A stretch of 64,000 bases of DNA from Deltaproteobacteria bacterium (GTDB taxonomy: Bacteria; Myxococcota; Kuafuiibacteriia; Kuafuiibacteriales; Kuafuiibacteriaceae). The stretch covers positions 64,001-128,000 of the forward strand of contig JAVJQW010000012.1 in NCBI GenBank assembly GCA_040218735.1, in the 5' to 3' direction. The position numbers and the translations under genes are program-made. The notes under the pieces were generated by a model. The model saw nothing but the letters and a program-made list of their open reading frames with translations. It was not told the DNA's origin and ran no database searches. Shown here piece by piece: positions 38,103 to 46,956 of the stretch. The stretch's first letter is position 1, and each line of letters starts with the position of its first letter.

Positions 38103-38897
38103 TCACAGCCCCAGAACGTCGTTCATCGTGTAGAGCCCCGCGCTCGCGCTGCCCAGGAAGTGCGCCGCCGCGATCGCCCCCGCCGCGAACGTGTCGCGGG
38201 TCGCGGCGCGGTGCGTCAGCTCCACGCGCTCCGTGTCGCTCACGAGATAGACCGTGTGCTCCCCGATGATGTCACCCCCGCGGATCGCCATCATGCCGAT
38301 CTCCTCGCGGCCGCGGGCGCCGGTCTCGCCGGCGCGCGCGCAGATGGCGTCGCGTTCGATGTCCTGCTCGCGCGCTTCGGCCGCAGCGCGTCCCAGCGCC
38401 CACGCGGTGCCGCTCGGGGCGTCGCGCTTCTTGTTGTGGTGCAGCTCGAGGATCTCCAAGTCGTACGCCGCGAGCGCCTTCGACGCGCGCTTCACGAGGT
38501 CCGTCAGCACCGCGATCCCCATCGAAAGGTTCGGCGCGATCACCACCGGGATCTTCGCCGCGTACCCTTCGAGCGTCGCGCGCTCGGCGGCGTCAAACCC
38601 GGTCGTCGCCATCAAGAGCGGCGCACCGACCTCCGCGGCGCGCGCGGCGTGCGCCAACGCGGCGGCCTTCGTGGCCACCTCGACCAACACGCGCCCCTCG
38701 GCGATCGCGGATTCGTCGGAGGAGAAGGTCAGCCCACCGCCGACCTCCCCGACCACGGTGTCGACCGCGCGACCGTCGACCGCGGACGTCGAACGAACCA
38801 ACGCCGCCGCGACCTGCAGCCGCTCGTCGGCGAGCGCTCGCGCGACGATGCGACGTCCGAGCCGCCCCGCCGCGCCCGACACCACGACCTGCGTCAC
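38103..38897 (-). CDS. dapB: 4-Hydroxy-tetrahydrodipicolinate reductase
   Basis: GAAGRLG, TTGF, APNLSMG, ELHHNKKRDAPSGTA and RGGDIIGEH. Confidence 0.95.
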   Translation of the reverse strand: MTQVVVSGAAGRLGRRIVARALADERLQVAAALVRSTSAVDGRAVDTVVGEVGGGLTFSSDESAIAEGRVLVEVATKAAALAHAARAAEVGAPLLMATTGFDAAERATLEGYAAKIPVVIAPNLSMGIAVLTDLVKRASKALAAYDLEILELHHNKKRDAPSGTAWALGRAAAEAREQDIERDAICARAGETGARGREEIGMMAIRGGDIIGEHTVYLVSDTERVELTHRAATRDTFAAGAIAAAHFLGSASAGLYTMNDVLGL

Positions 38898-39817
38898 GCC
38901 ATGAACCCTTCGAGCGAGGCGTCGTCGGTCGCGCCGCGGTAAGTGTCGAGCGCCACCCGCAGCTTCTTCATCAACGCTTCGTCGGCGGTCACGAGCGGCG
39001 AACGCACGCGCGGGTGACAGAACCCGGCCATCGCCACCATCGCCTTGATCGGGATCGGGTTCGACTGCAGGAACAGCGACTTCGACAGCTCGACGATGCG
39101 CCCGTTCAACGGCCGCGCTGCGGCGAGGTCACCCTCGGCCGACGCCGCCACCAACCGCACCGTGTCGCGCGGCGCGATGTTGCTCACCACGCTGATCACG
39201 CCCTGGCCGCCCGTCGCGACGAACGGCAGGATCGTGAAGTCATCGCCGGACAGCAGCGCGAGCTTGCCGCCGGTCGCGGTGATCTGCTCCGCGGCGCGCT
39301 GCAGGTTCGCCGTCGCGTCCTTGATCGCGACGATCGCGCCAATCTCCACGAGCCGCGCGAGGGTGTCCGGCTGGATGTCGCTCACCGTCCGCCCGGGCAC
39401 GTTGTACAGCACCACCGGGACGCCGCACGCCTCCCAGACCGCCTTGAAGTGCTGAAACAGCCCCTCCTGCGTCGGCTTGTTGTAGTACGGGCACACCACC
39501 AGCGCCGCGTCGATGCCCCACGCCTTCGCGCGGTTCGTCTGCTCGATCGTCACCTTCGTGGAGTTGCTCCCCGTCCCCGCGATGACCGGCACCTTGCCGT
39601 CCGCGAGCTCGACCGCGGTGCGCACCACGGTCTCCTGCTCGTCCGCGGAGAGGCACGGCGTCTCACCGGTCGTCCCACAGGGGACGAGGCCGCTGATGCC
39701 CTGCTCGAGCTGCTTGCTCACGATGCGCTTCAGGGCGGCGACGTCCACGTTGTCGTCCGCGTCGAACGGGGTCACGAGCGCGGTGAACGCGCCCTTCAAT
39801 CGGTCGGCGATGTTCAT
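38894..39817 (-). CDS. dapA: 4-Hydroxy-tetrahydrodipicolinate synthase
   Basis: TALVTPF, GTTGE, PYYNKP, LYNVPGRT, IKDA and LSGDD. Confidence 0.95.
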   Translation of the reverse strand: MNIADRLKGAFTALVTPFDADDNVDVAALKRIVSKQLEQGISGLVPCGTTGETPCLSADEQETVVRTAVELADGKVPVIAGTGSNSTKVTIEQTNRAKAWGIDAALVVCPYYNKPTQEGLFQHFKAVWEACGVPVVLYNVPGRTVSDIQPDTLARLVEIGAIVAIKDATANLQRAAEQITATGGKLALLSGDDFTILPFVATGGQGVISVVSNIAPRDTVRLVAASAEGDLAAARPLNGRIVELSKSLFLQSNPIPIKAMVAMAGFCHPRVRSPLVTADEALMKKLRVALDTYRGATDDASLEGFMA

Positions 39818-41094
39818 GTCGATTCTCCTTCACCCCCCGCGTCGAGCCAGTCCGGGAACGACTCGCCGTCGGTGAGCGCTTCGATCCGCTCGCGTTGGCG
39901 GACCACACTGTAACGATCTTCGTGCACCAGCACTTCGGCGGCGCGCGGTCGAGAGTTGTACGTCGAGGCCATCGTGAAGCCGTAGGCGCCGGCGCTCATG
40001 ATCGCGACGAGCTGTCCGGCCTCCACCGCCGCGAGCTCGCGCGCCTTCGCGAACGTGTCGCCGGACTCGCAGATCGGTCCGACCACGTCGGCGACGAAGG
40101 TGCCCTCCGTCGTCTTCACCGGCCAGATCTCGTGGTGCGCTTGGTACAGCGACGGCCGGATCAGATCGTTCATCGCGGCGTCGAGGATCACGAACCGACG
40201 CGCGGGCGTCTCCTTCACGTACAACACACGCGCAAGGAGCAGCCCCGCATTCCCCACGATCACCCGTCCGGGCTCCAGCACGATCTCTTCGCTGCGGCCC
40301 TTCATGCGATCCACGACCGCCTTGCCGAACACACTGGGGTGCGGCGGCGCCTCGCCCTTGTACGGGATGCCCAGACCGCCGCCGAGATCGATGTGCCCGA
40401 TCGCGTGCCCCTCGGCCTTCAGCCGATCGACCATCGCGAGCACCGCCTCCAGCGCTTCCAGCAGCGGCTCGATCGTCACGAGCTGCGAACCGATGTGGCA
40501 GTCGATCCCCACCAGCGCGACCGCGTCGTCCTTCGCGACGCGCGCGGCGATGCGCGGTGCGTCGTCGATCGGCACGCCGAACTTCGACTCGCGCAGCCCC
40601 GTGGCGATGTACGGGTGTGTCTTCGCGTCGACGTTCGGATTCACGCGCAGCGACACCGGCGCAACCACGCCCTTTTCGCGCGCGACCGACGCGAGGACGT
40701 CGAGCTCCGGCTCCGACTCGATGTTGAAGGAGAGGATGCCGGCGTCGAGCGCCATCGCCATCTCGTCCGGCGTCTTGCCGACGCCCGAGAAGACGATCTT
40801 GTTCGCGGGGATGCCGGCCTTCATCGCGCGGTACAGCTCACCGCCCGAGACGATGTCCGCGCCCGCGCCCTTCGAGCCGAGCAGCTTCAGGATGGCGCCG
40901 TTGCTCGACGCCTTCATCGCGTAACACACGAGGTGCGGGTGCCCCGCGAACGCCTCGTCGAACACCTTGAAGTGCCGCTCGAGCGTCGCCTGCGTGTACA
41001 CGAACGTCGGCGTGCCGACCTCGCGCGCGATGGTCTCGAGCGTGACCCCCTCGGCGGCGAGCTGGCCCGCCTCGTCGTACGCGAAGTGGAACAT
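39814..41094 (-). CDS. lysA: Diaminopimelate decarboxylase
   Basis: YAMKA, SGGEL, THPYIATG...SKFG, HIGSQ, EPGR, GPICESGD and GAYG..M.S.YN.RP. Confidence 0.95.
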   Translation of the reverse strand: MFHFAYDEAGQLAAEGVTLETIAREVGTPTFVYTQATLERHFKVFDEAFAGHPHLVCYAMKASSNGAILKLLGSKGAGADIVSGGELYRAMKAGIPANKIVFSGVGKTPDEMAMALDAGILSFNIESEPELDVLASVAREKGVVAPVSLRVNPNVDAKTHPYIATGLRESKFGVPIDDAPRIAARVAKDDAVALVGIDCHIGSQLVTIEPLLEALEAVLAMVDRLKAEGHAIGHIDLGGGLGIPYKGEAPPHPSVFGKAVVDRMKGRSEEIVLEPGRVIVGNAGLLLARVLYVKETPARRFVILDAAMNDLIRPSLYQAHHEIWPVKTTEGTFVADVVGPICESGDTFAKARELAAVEAGQLVAIMSAGAYGFTMASTYNSRPRAAEVLVHEDRYSVVRQRERIEALTDGESFPDWLDAGGEGEST

Positions 41095-41222
41095 CGCCGG
41101 GCTTGTAGATCGCCTCGACGCGACGCGTAAAGCGACGAGCGCGCACGTGCGCTCGACGTGCGCGCACAGCCATCCCGGACGCCCCCGGACGAATTCGACC
41201 GCGTAGACGCGCGAGCGACACG

Positions 41223-41237
41223 TGGCACGGAGCTTGA
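41223..41237 (+). promoter_or_regulatory. Sigma54-like promoter candidate
   Basis: TGGCACG-GAGC-TTGA versus the consensus TGGCACG-N4-TTGC, just upstream of ATG 41251. Confidence 0.5.
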
Positions 41238-41250
41238 GAATGCTCCGGCC

Positions 41251-42897
41251 ATGTCCTCACGCCCCTTCGCGCTCGCCCTCCTCCTCCTCGCGGGCCTCAC
41301 CCCGTCCCTCGCCGAGGCCGTCACCGTGATCCGCTTCGGGCGAATCGACTTCGACGACGAACGGGTCGCGTTCCTCCCCAACGGGACGTCGTCGTGGGGG
41401 AGCCGCAAGACCACGAGCATGACCGCGGCCCCCCTCGCGGGCGCGCTCGTCGTCGCGCGCTGGTGGTGCACCGCCAGCAGCCAAGGCGAAGTCCGGGTGA
41501 ATGCGTCGACGGACGGGATCTGGGTGTTCGCCGAAGATCTCCCGTGCAGCCTCCCCTGGCTGCGCCTCGACGTGCGCTTCGAGAGCCACCCCGACGGAGA
41601 CCCCACGTCGAACCCGTTCCACGCGGTCGTCGCCCCCTCCGAGCTGGGGTACTTCGCCCGCACCCCTTGGGCCCGCCCGGCGACCGGGTCGTGGGTCTCG
41701 GTCAACGTCTCCTGCCCGAACCAGTTCCCCAACACCGGGCAGCCGTGCACCGCGACCAACGCCGCGACCCACGAAGCCGCGAACATCCACGCGACCGTCA
41801 TGGACGTCATCGCCGTGTGGGGCGCCTACCGCGGTCCGAACGACGCGCCGCTCCTCGAGATCCGCTACCCCGCCTCCACGGCGGGGACCAACGCGACGGG
41901 CAACTACGATCGCGTGAACCTCCCGGACCAAAGTTACGTCGAGAACCACCGCATCGCGCACGAGCTGGGCCACACGTACATGAAGCGCGCGATCTACGAT
42001 GGGAACCGCGCCGTCGGGGGCCCGTCGACCTGGGTCTCGGGCCACACCTGGAACGACACACGAATCGGTGTCGGCGATCCGAACGGCCTGTTCTCCTCAC
42101 AGAACGGCCCCAACGACTGCGACATCAACGCGACGACCTTCGCCGACAACTGCGAGCTGGCACCGTTGGGCGATCGCTACCCCGACGGCAACAACGACGG
42201 CTACAGCGAGACCGTCGCCACCTCCGAAGGGTGGGCCGACTTCTTCGCCGCCGCGACGTACTTCGAACCCAACGCCAACCACCCCTACTTCCGGCACTGC
42301 CGCACGATCGACGGATGCCCCTCACTCCCCGCGTACGGCGCCGCGGATCCGAGCAACCAGGAGCTGCGGCGGCTCGAGGGCGAGACCTTTGCGCACTACC
42401 GATACCTGACGAGCGGCTTCGAGCAGTGCGTCGGCGTGGGGCCGACCAACTTCGCAGTGGTGGATCGCAACAACAACGTCGACATCAACTGGCAACACGC
42501 GCTGCAGGGCAACGTCGCGCGCTACTTCTGGGATCTCTACGACGAGGACGTCGACGCCAACGGCAACGGCGTCGACGACGACTGTCCGCGCCTCGTCAGC
42601 GGCGTCGTGACGCCCGCCGCGTGTGAGCGGCCCGGCGTCGTCGACAACGTCGTCTTCCCACCGAGCTACATGCTCCTGGTCTGGGAGCGCTTCCGTCCGA
42701 CCTACGACAATCGCGACTACGACGAGCCGCGCGCGACGCCTTCCACGTGGGATGATCCGGACGGACGCAACGCCGTCGACTACCGTAAGATCGAAGCCGC
42801 GATCCCGGCCGCCGACATCCCCGCCGAAGTCCGCGGCCACGGACAAGCCGCGGGAGAGTTCTCCGCGAACTGCCTCGATGGCCAAGACGAAGGCTGA
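41251..42897 (+). CDS. Secreted gluzincin-type zinc metallopeptidase
   Basis: Signal peptide MSSRPFALALLLLAGLTPSLAEA, HExxH in IAHELGH, third-ligand motif SEGWADFF and NVARYFWDLYD. Many Cys residues. Confidence 0.75.
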   Translation: MSSRPFALALLLLAGLTPSLAEAVTVIRFGRIDFDDERVAFLPNGTSSWGSRKTTSMTAAPLAGALVVARWWCTASSQGEVRVNASTDGIWVFAEDLPCSLPWLRLDVRFESHPDGDPTSNPFHAVVAPSELGYFARTPWARPATGSWVSVNVSCPNQFPNTGQPCTATNAATHEAANIHATVMDVIAVWGAYRGPNDAPLLEIRYPASTAGTNATGNYDRVNLPDQSYVENHRIAHELGHTYMKRAIYDGNRAVGGPSTWVSGHTWNDTRIGVGDPNGLFSSQNGPNDCDINATTFADNCELAPLGDRYPDGNNDGYSETVATSEGWADFFAAATYFEPNANHPYFRHCRTIDGCPSLPAYGAADPSNQELRRLEGETFAHYRYLTSGFEQCVGVGPTNFAVVDRNNNVDINWQHALQGNVARYFWDLYDEDVDANGNGVDDDCPRLVSGVVTPAACERPGVVDNVVFPPSYMLLVWERFRPTYDNRDYDEPRATPSTWDDPDGRNAVDYRKIEAAIPAADIPAEVRGHGQAAGEFSANCLDGQDEG

Positions 42898-42899
42898 CT

Positions 42900-43013
42900 T
42901 CAGTCGGCGCGCGTCGACGTCGCCGTCTCGGGCGCCGCCGGACGCGGCGGGCGCGGCGGGCCCTTGATGCCGCAGGCCGCGCAGAGCAACGCGGCCAAGA
43001 GGAGCCACCTCAC
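42900..43013 (-). CDS. Small lipoprotein (LptM/YifL/LppL-like)
   Basis: 37 aa MRWLLLAALLCAACGIKGPPRPP, with the CGxKGP signature. GTG overlaps the argH stop. This is the usual position upstream of lysA. Confidence 0.8.
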   Translation of the reverse strand: MRWLLLAALLCAACGIKGPPRPPRPAAPETATSTRAD

Positions 43014-44392
43014 AGAAGCTCCGCCTCCGCCGCGGCGATCGCGTCGAGCACGCGCTGCTTCGCGGGCCCCCCCGGGATGTCGCGTCGCTCGATCGCGACC
43101 TCGACGTCGATCCATTCGCGCGCGTCGTCGCCGAAGCCGGGGTGGAAGGTCCTCAGCGCCGCGAGGTCGAGGTCCTCGAGCGTCTTCGACTCTGCCACGC
43201 AGTGCGCGACGATCCGCCCCACGACGCCGTGCGCCTCGCGGAACGGGACGCCGCGCTGCACGAGGTGGTCGGCGAGCTCCGTCGCCGTGACGAAGCCCTC
43301 GACGAGCGCCGCGCGCATGCGCTCGGCGTCGAACGTGATCGCCGGGAGCATCCGCGCCGTCACCTCCAGCGAGGCGCGCCACGTCGACAGCGACGAGTAC
43401 AGCGGCGGTTTGTCCTCCTGCAGGTCGCGGTTGTACGTCATCGGCAGCGCCTTCATCGTGACGAGCAGCGAGACCAGGTCCCCGATCACTCGACCGGTCT
43501 TGCCGCGCACGAGCTCCGCGACGTCCGGGTTCTTCTTCTGCGGCATCATCGACGAGCCGGTCGTGAACGCATCCGCGATCTTCACGAACGAAAACTCCGC
43601 GGTCGCCCACAACACGATCTCCTCGGACAGCCGCGACAAGTGCACCATCGAGATCGCGGAGGCACTCATCGCCTCCAGGAAGGCGTCGCGATCCGCGACC
43701 GCGTCCATGGAGTTCGCCGTCACCCCCGCGAGCCCGAGCAGCTCCGCGACGCGCTCGCGGCGAATCGGGTGCGGCGTCCCCGCGAGCGCACCGGAGCCGA
43801 GCGGCGAGACGAGCGCCCGGGACAGCGCGTCCCTCACGCGGCCGCGGTCGCGCTTGAACATCTCGCGGTACGCGAGGAGGTGGTGCGCGAGGCGCACGGG
43901 CTGCCCGCGCTGCATGTGCGTGTAGCCGGGGAGGAGCGTGTCGACGTTTGCCTTCGCCTGCGCCACGAGGGCCTTTTCGATCGCGAGCAGCCCGCCCTCG
44001 ATCGCAGTGAGCGTGCGTCGCAGATACAGACGCGAGTCGAGCGCGACCTGGTCGTTGCGCGAGCGCCCGGTGTGCAGGCGCCCCGCGATCTCTTCGCCGA
44101 CGTGCGTCGCGAGCCGCCGCTCGACGTTCATGTGCACGTCTTCGAAGCTCTCGTTCCAGGGGAAGGTGCCCGCTTCCAGCTCGCCGCGGATCCGCTCGAG
44201 CCCCTGGACCATCCGCTGCGCGTCCGAGGCGGAGACGATGCCCGCCTCACCGAGCATCGTGGCGTGGGCGATCGATCCCTCGACGTCCTCGAGCGCGATG
44301 TTCTTGTCGTCTTCGATGGAGCTGGTGAAGGCCTCGACGACTTCGTCCGTCGGCCCTTCGAATCGGCCACCCCAGGGCTTCGCGTTCGACAT
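43010..44392 (-). CDS. argH: Argininosuccinate lyase
   Basis: WGGRF, EDVHMNVE, LHTGRSRNDQV, PGYTHMQ, TGSSMMPQKKNPD and YNRDLQEDK. Confidence 0.96.
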   Translation of the reverse strand: MSNAKPWGGRFEGPTDEVVEAFTSSIEDDKNIALEDVEGSIAHATMLGEAGIVSASDAQRMVQGLERIRGELEAGTFPWNESFEDVHMNVERRLATHVGEEIAGRLHTGRSRNDQVALDSRLYLRRTLTAIEGGLLAIEKALVAQAKANVDTLLPGYTHMQRGQPVRLAHHLLAYREMFKRDRGRVRDALSRALVSPLGSGALAGTPHPIRRERVAELLGLAGVTANSMDAVADRDAFLEAMSASAISMVHLSRLSEEIVLWATAEFSFVKIADAFTTGSSMMPQKKNPDVAELVRGKTGRVIGDLVSLLVTMKALPMTYNRDLQEDKPPLYSSLSTWRASLEVTARMLPAITFDAERMRAALVEGFVTATELADHLVQRGVPFREAHGVVGRIVAHCVAESKTLEDLDLAALRTFHPGFGDDAREWIDVEVAIERRDIPGGPAKQRVLDAIAAAEAELL

Positions 44393-44523
44393 CGCCGCCG
44401 ACATCGAACGCGAAGGGGCGACTGGTCAAGGCAAGGAGCCGGAGGCGACGCGCAGCGGTGCGCGGAGCGCGACGCGAAGGCCCCGCAGGCGGGCTTGCCC
44501 GCCGATAACGGGGCAGGACCGGT

Positions 44524-45480
44524 TCAAGGCATGGGGGCCTGGTAGTTCTGCGACTCCTCGGCTTCTTCCTCGGCGCCGGCCTCGCGGGCCAAACGCTGCG
44601 ACTCCTTCGCGGCCTCGTCCACGACCGCCGCGTCGAGGATGCCGTTGTCCACGAAGTACTGACCGATCGGGGCCTGGAGCCGACGCTGCCGCGCGAGGAT
44701 GGCGAGGCGCTGGAACGGCGTCAGGAACCCGAGCCGCACCGCCACGTCACAAAACATCTCCTCGACGCTCTTCTCCCGAAGCACGAAGAACACCTCGGCC
44801 CGCGACATGATCCCCCACTCGACGGCGATCTCACCGGCACGCGGTCGCTGCGCGCGCTGCCACAGCACGGCGTCCACGAGCTGACGCAGGGTGATGTGAC
44901 CGGCCTTCAGTAGGAAGCGACCGAGCATGAAGCGTTTGTCCTTCGACGGCGCCACCCGCTGCGGGCGCGGATCCTTCGCCTCGTCGGCCTTGCGCTCCGC
45001 GTAGATCCGCTCCGCGCGCTCGTGGTTCTTCGCGCGCAGATCGTTCTGCTGCGAAGCGCGCTTCTTCATCGTCGCGAGGTCCGAGACATCGCGCTCGAGG
45101 AGCTTCGGCGTCGGGCGCGCCTGCCAACCGCGCGCGGGGCGACGGCGACGCAGGTCGGCCGGCGGGAGCCGCTCGAGGACCTCTTCGGAGACGTCCGCAT
45201 CGAAGGTCTGCAGGAGCACCATCTTCTGGTCGCCGAGGACCTCGGTCAGGAGCTTGAACGCCGCTTCCAGCTCCTTGAACTTCTCGGTGAGCTCGGCGCG
45301 CGAGCGGCCCGTGTCCTTCGCGCGGTCGGGGTGCGTCTCCAGCGCCTTCGCGAGGAAGGTGCGCGCGAGCTCCTCCTTCACGAGGCACACCTTGTCGCCC
45401 AGCGGGGGCTCCTCGAACAGGAGGATGTAGGCGTGGATGAGGGGGTGCTTGGAGGCGGCGGCGTTACCGAGTGGCTTCAT
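44524..45480 (-). CDS. J-domain protein with C-terminal MshEN-like repeats
   Basis: KALETHPDR...FKELEAAFKLL. LGRFLLKAGHIT, AGEIAVEWGIMS, FCDVAVRLGFLT and IGQYFVDNGILD. Confidence 0.75.
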   Translation of the reverse strand: MKPLGNAAASKHPLIHAYILLFEEPPLGDKVCLVKEELARTFLAKALETHPDRAKDTGRSRAELTEKFKELEAAFKLLTEVLGDQKMVLLQTFDADVSEEVLERLPPADLRRRRPARGWQARPTPKLLERDVSDLATMKKRASQQNDLRAKNHERAERIYAERKADEAKDPRPQRVAPSKDKRFMLGRFLLKAGHITLRQLVDAVLWQRAQRPRAGEIAVEWGIMSRAEVFFVLREKSVEEMFCDVAVRLGFLTPFQRLAILARQRRLQAPIGQYFVDNGILDAAVVDEAAKESQRLAREAGAEEEAEESQNYQAPMP

Positions 45481-45619
45481 AATCGTTCGTGTCCTTCGTG
45501 AGGTGTCGAGTGACCGACACTCTGCCAGTACGAACGTATCGGGTGTCGAAATACCGTCAGTCGAACGCTTGGTGTTTCGCCGCGAAACGGAGAGCGACTC
45601 AGAACGAAACAGTCCGCGG

Positions 45620-46927
45620 TCAGTCCGACTCGTAAGGGAGCACGACGACGACATTGTCCGACGCTCCGTTGGGCGGATCACCCACCAACACGACCACCGC
45701 GTCGAGCACGACGATGTGTTTGACGATCAGGATGGGCACGTTGAGGGTCGGACAAAACGTGTCTCGCTCGACGAGGTACTGCACCACCAACCCACCTCCA
45801 GCCCCGAGCAGCAGGCCGCCTTGGAAGCGGGAGAGCGCCGCGACCGGCAGCGCGATCGGGGACTCACGTCGGACGAGTCGGGCGCCATCGTCGAAGTAGA
45901 GCGCGCCGTCGAAGCCGCCTGCGACGAGGCGATCCGAAAGGTGCAGCACGCTGATGAGATCCGTTTGGAGGTCCGGCCGGATGCGCTCCGTCAGCGCCTC
46001 AGCGTCATCCTCGAACTCGAGTATCTGGGCACCGTAGACACCGACGGCCGCGCCGTTCCCATCCGCGTCCAACGTGATTCCGCGACGCCACCAGCTCGTG
46101 GGTTCGGGCTCGCGGAGCACCGTCGTGCCCGCGTCCTCACGGCGCGCAAAGGCCCCCGAGCTCGTGACGACGTAGAGTGGCCCCTCCCCGCGTTGCGCCA
46201 TCCACCACGGCTTGCCCCCCTCGAAGATTCGACCGTAGTCCGCGAGCTCGATCCCCGTTCCGTCGAGGCGGCCCGCCCAGAAGCGGCCGCGCGGATCGCC
46301 GACGACCACCCGCCCGTCCGGCTGGACGAGCCCTCCGACGATGCGGACGCCGAGGGGTTCGTCGACGGGGACGACCTCCGCCTCGTCGACCACCGCGAGC
46401 CCGCCCATACGCGTCGCGACGAGCGCGCGCGTTCCGTCGAGGCGCCCCGCGAACGCCGCGTTGCGACCGCCTTCGATCGTATGGAGCACCGGCGCGCCGA
46501 ACCGGGCGCATCCGTCGTTCGGGCGCGCGTCCAAGCGGAGCGCGCTGAGCCGCTCGTCGTACGACGTCGTGATCCAATCACCAGGCGCCCCCGCCGGCAC
46601 CTCGACGGTGTAGACCGCCGCGGGCGCGGGGAGCGCGGCGCCGTCGTCGCGCAGCGCGATGTGGCCGCCGTCGAGGCCCATCGCCTCGAGCGACGTGTCG
46701 TACGCGAGCGCGTACACCGAGACGTCCGAGGAGGCCTTCAGCTCGAGCTGGAAGACCTCTTCGATCGTCCCCGCCGCGAACACCCGCGCGGGTCGCCCCG
46801 CCTCGAACACGACGTAGATCACCGCGCCGCTCACCGTCGCGGGCGGTCTGACCCACAGCCTGGTCCCCGCGTCGCCGCACGCCACGAGCAACGCAAAGAC
46901 CCAAGCGTACGACAGGCGCGAGCGCAT
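45620..46927 (-). CDS. Hypothetical lipoprotein, probable beta-propeller C-terminal half
   Basis: Lipobox LVAC followed by repeated short beta-strand/Gly units (VVGDPRG, AVGVYG, VAGGFDG, LGAGGG). Confidence 0.6.
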   Translation of the reverse strand: MRSRLSYAWVFALLVACGDAGTRLWVRPPATVSGAVIYVVFEAGRPARVFAAGTIEEVFQLELKASSDVSVYALAYDTSLEAMGLDGGHIALRDDGAALPAPAAVYTVEVPAGAPGDWITTSYDERLSALRLDARPNDGCARFGAPVLHTIEGGRNAAFAGRLDGTRALVATRMGGLAVVDEAEVVPVDEPLGVRIVGGLVQPDGRVVVGDPRGRFWAGRLDGTGIELADYGRIFEGGKPWWMAQRGEGPLYVVTSSGAFARREDAGTTVLREPEPTSWWRRGITLDADGNGAAVGVYGAQILEFEDDAEALTERIRPDLQTDLISVLHLSDRLVAGGFDGALYFDDGARLVRRESPIALPVAALSRFQGGLLLGAGGGLVVQYLVERDTFCPTLNVPILIVKHIVVLDAVVVLVGDPPNGASDNVVVVLPYESD

Positions 46928-46956
46928 CCCGCCCGCATGTTAGCGCAGGACGTCCC

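Noticed and set aside
44495-44516. Second GCCGATAA (sigma28 -10-like) at 44501-44508
   Set aside because: It is on the + strand with no + strand gene downstream, and it sits inside a TGCCC...GGGCA hairpin just past the J-domain gene stop. Probably a terminator-like structure or chance.
45481-45619. Repeated GGTGTCGA and a GTTTCGC-C-GCGAAAC palindrome upstream of the J-domain gene
   Set aside because: The motifs are short with no recognisable consensus and cannot be distinguished from chance without comparative data.
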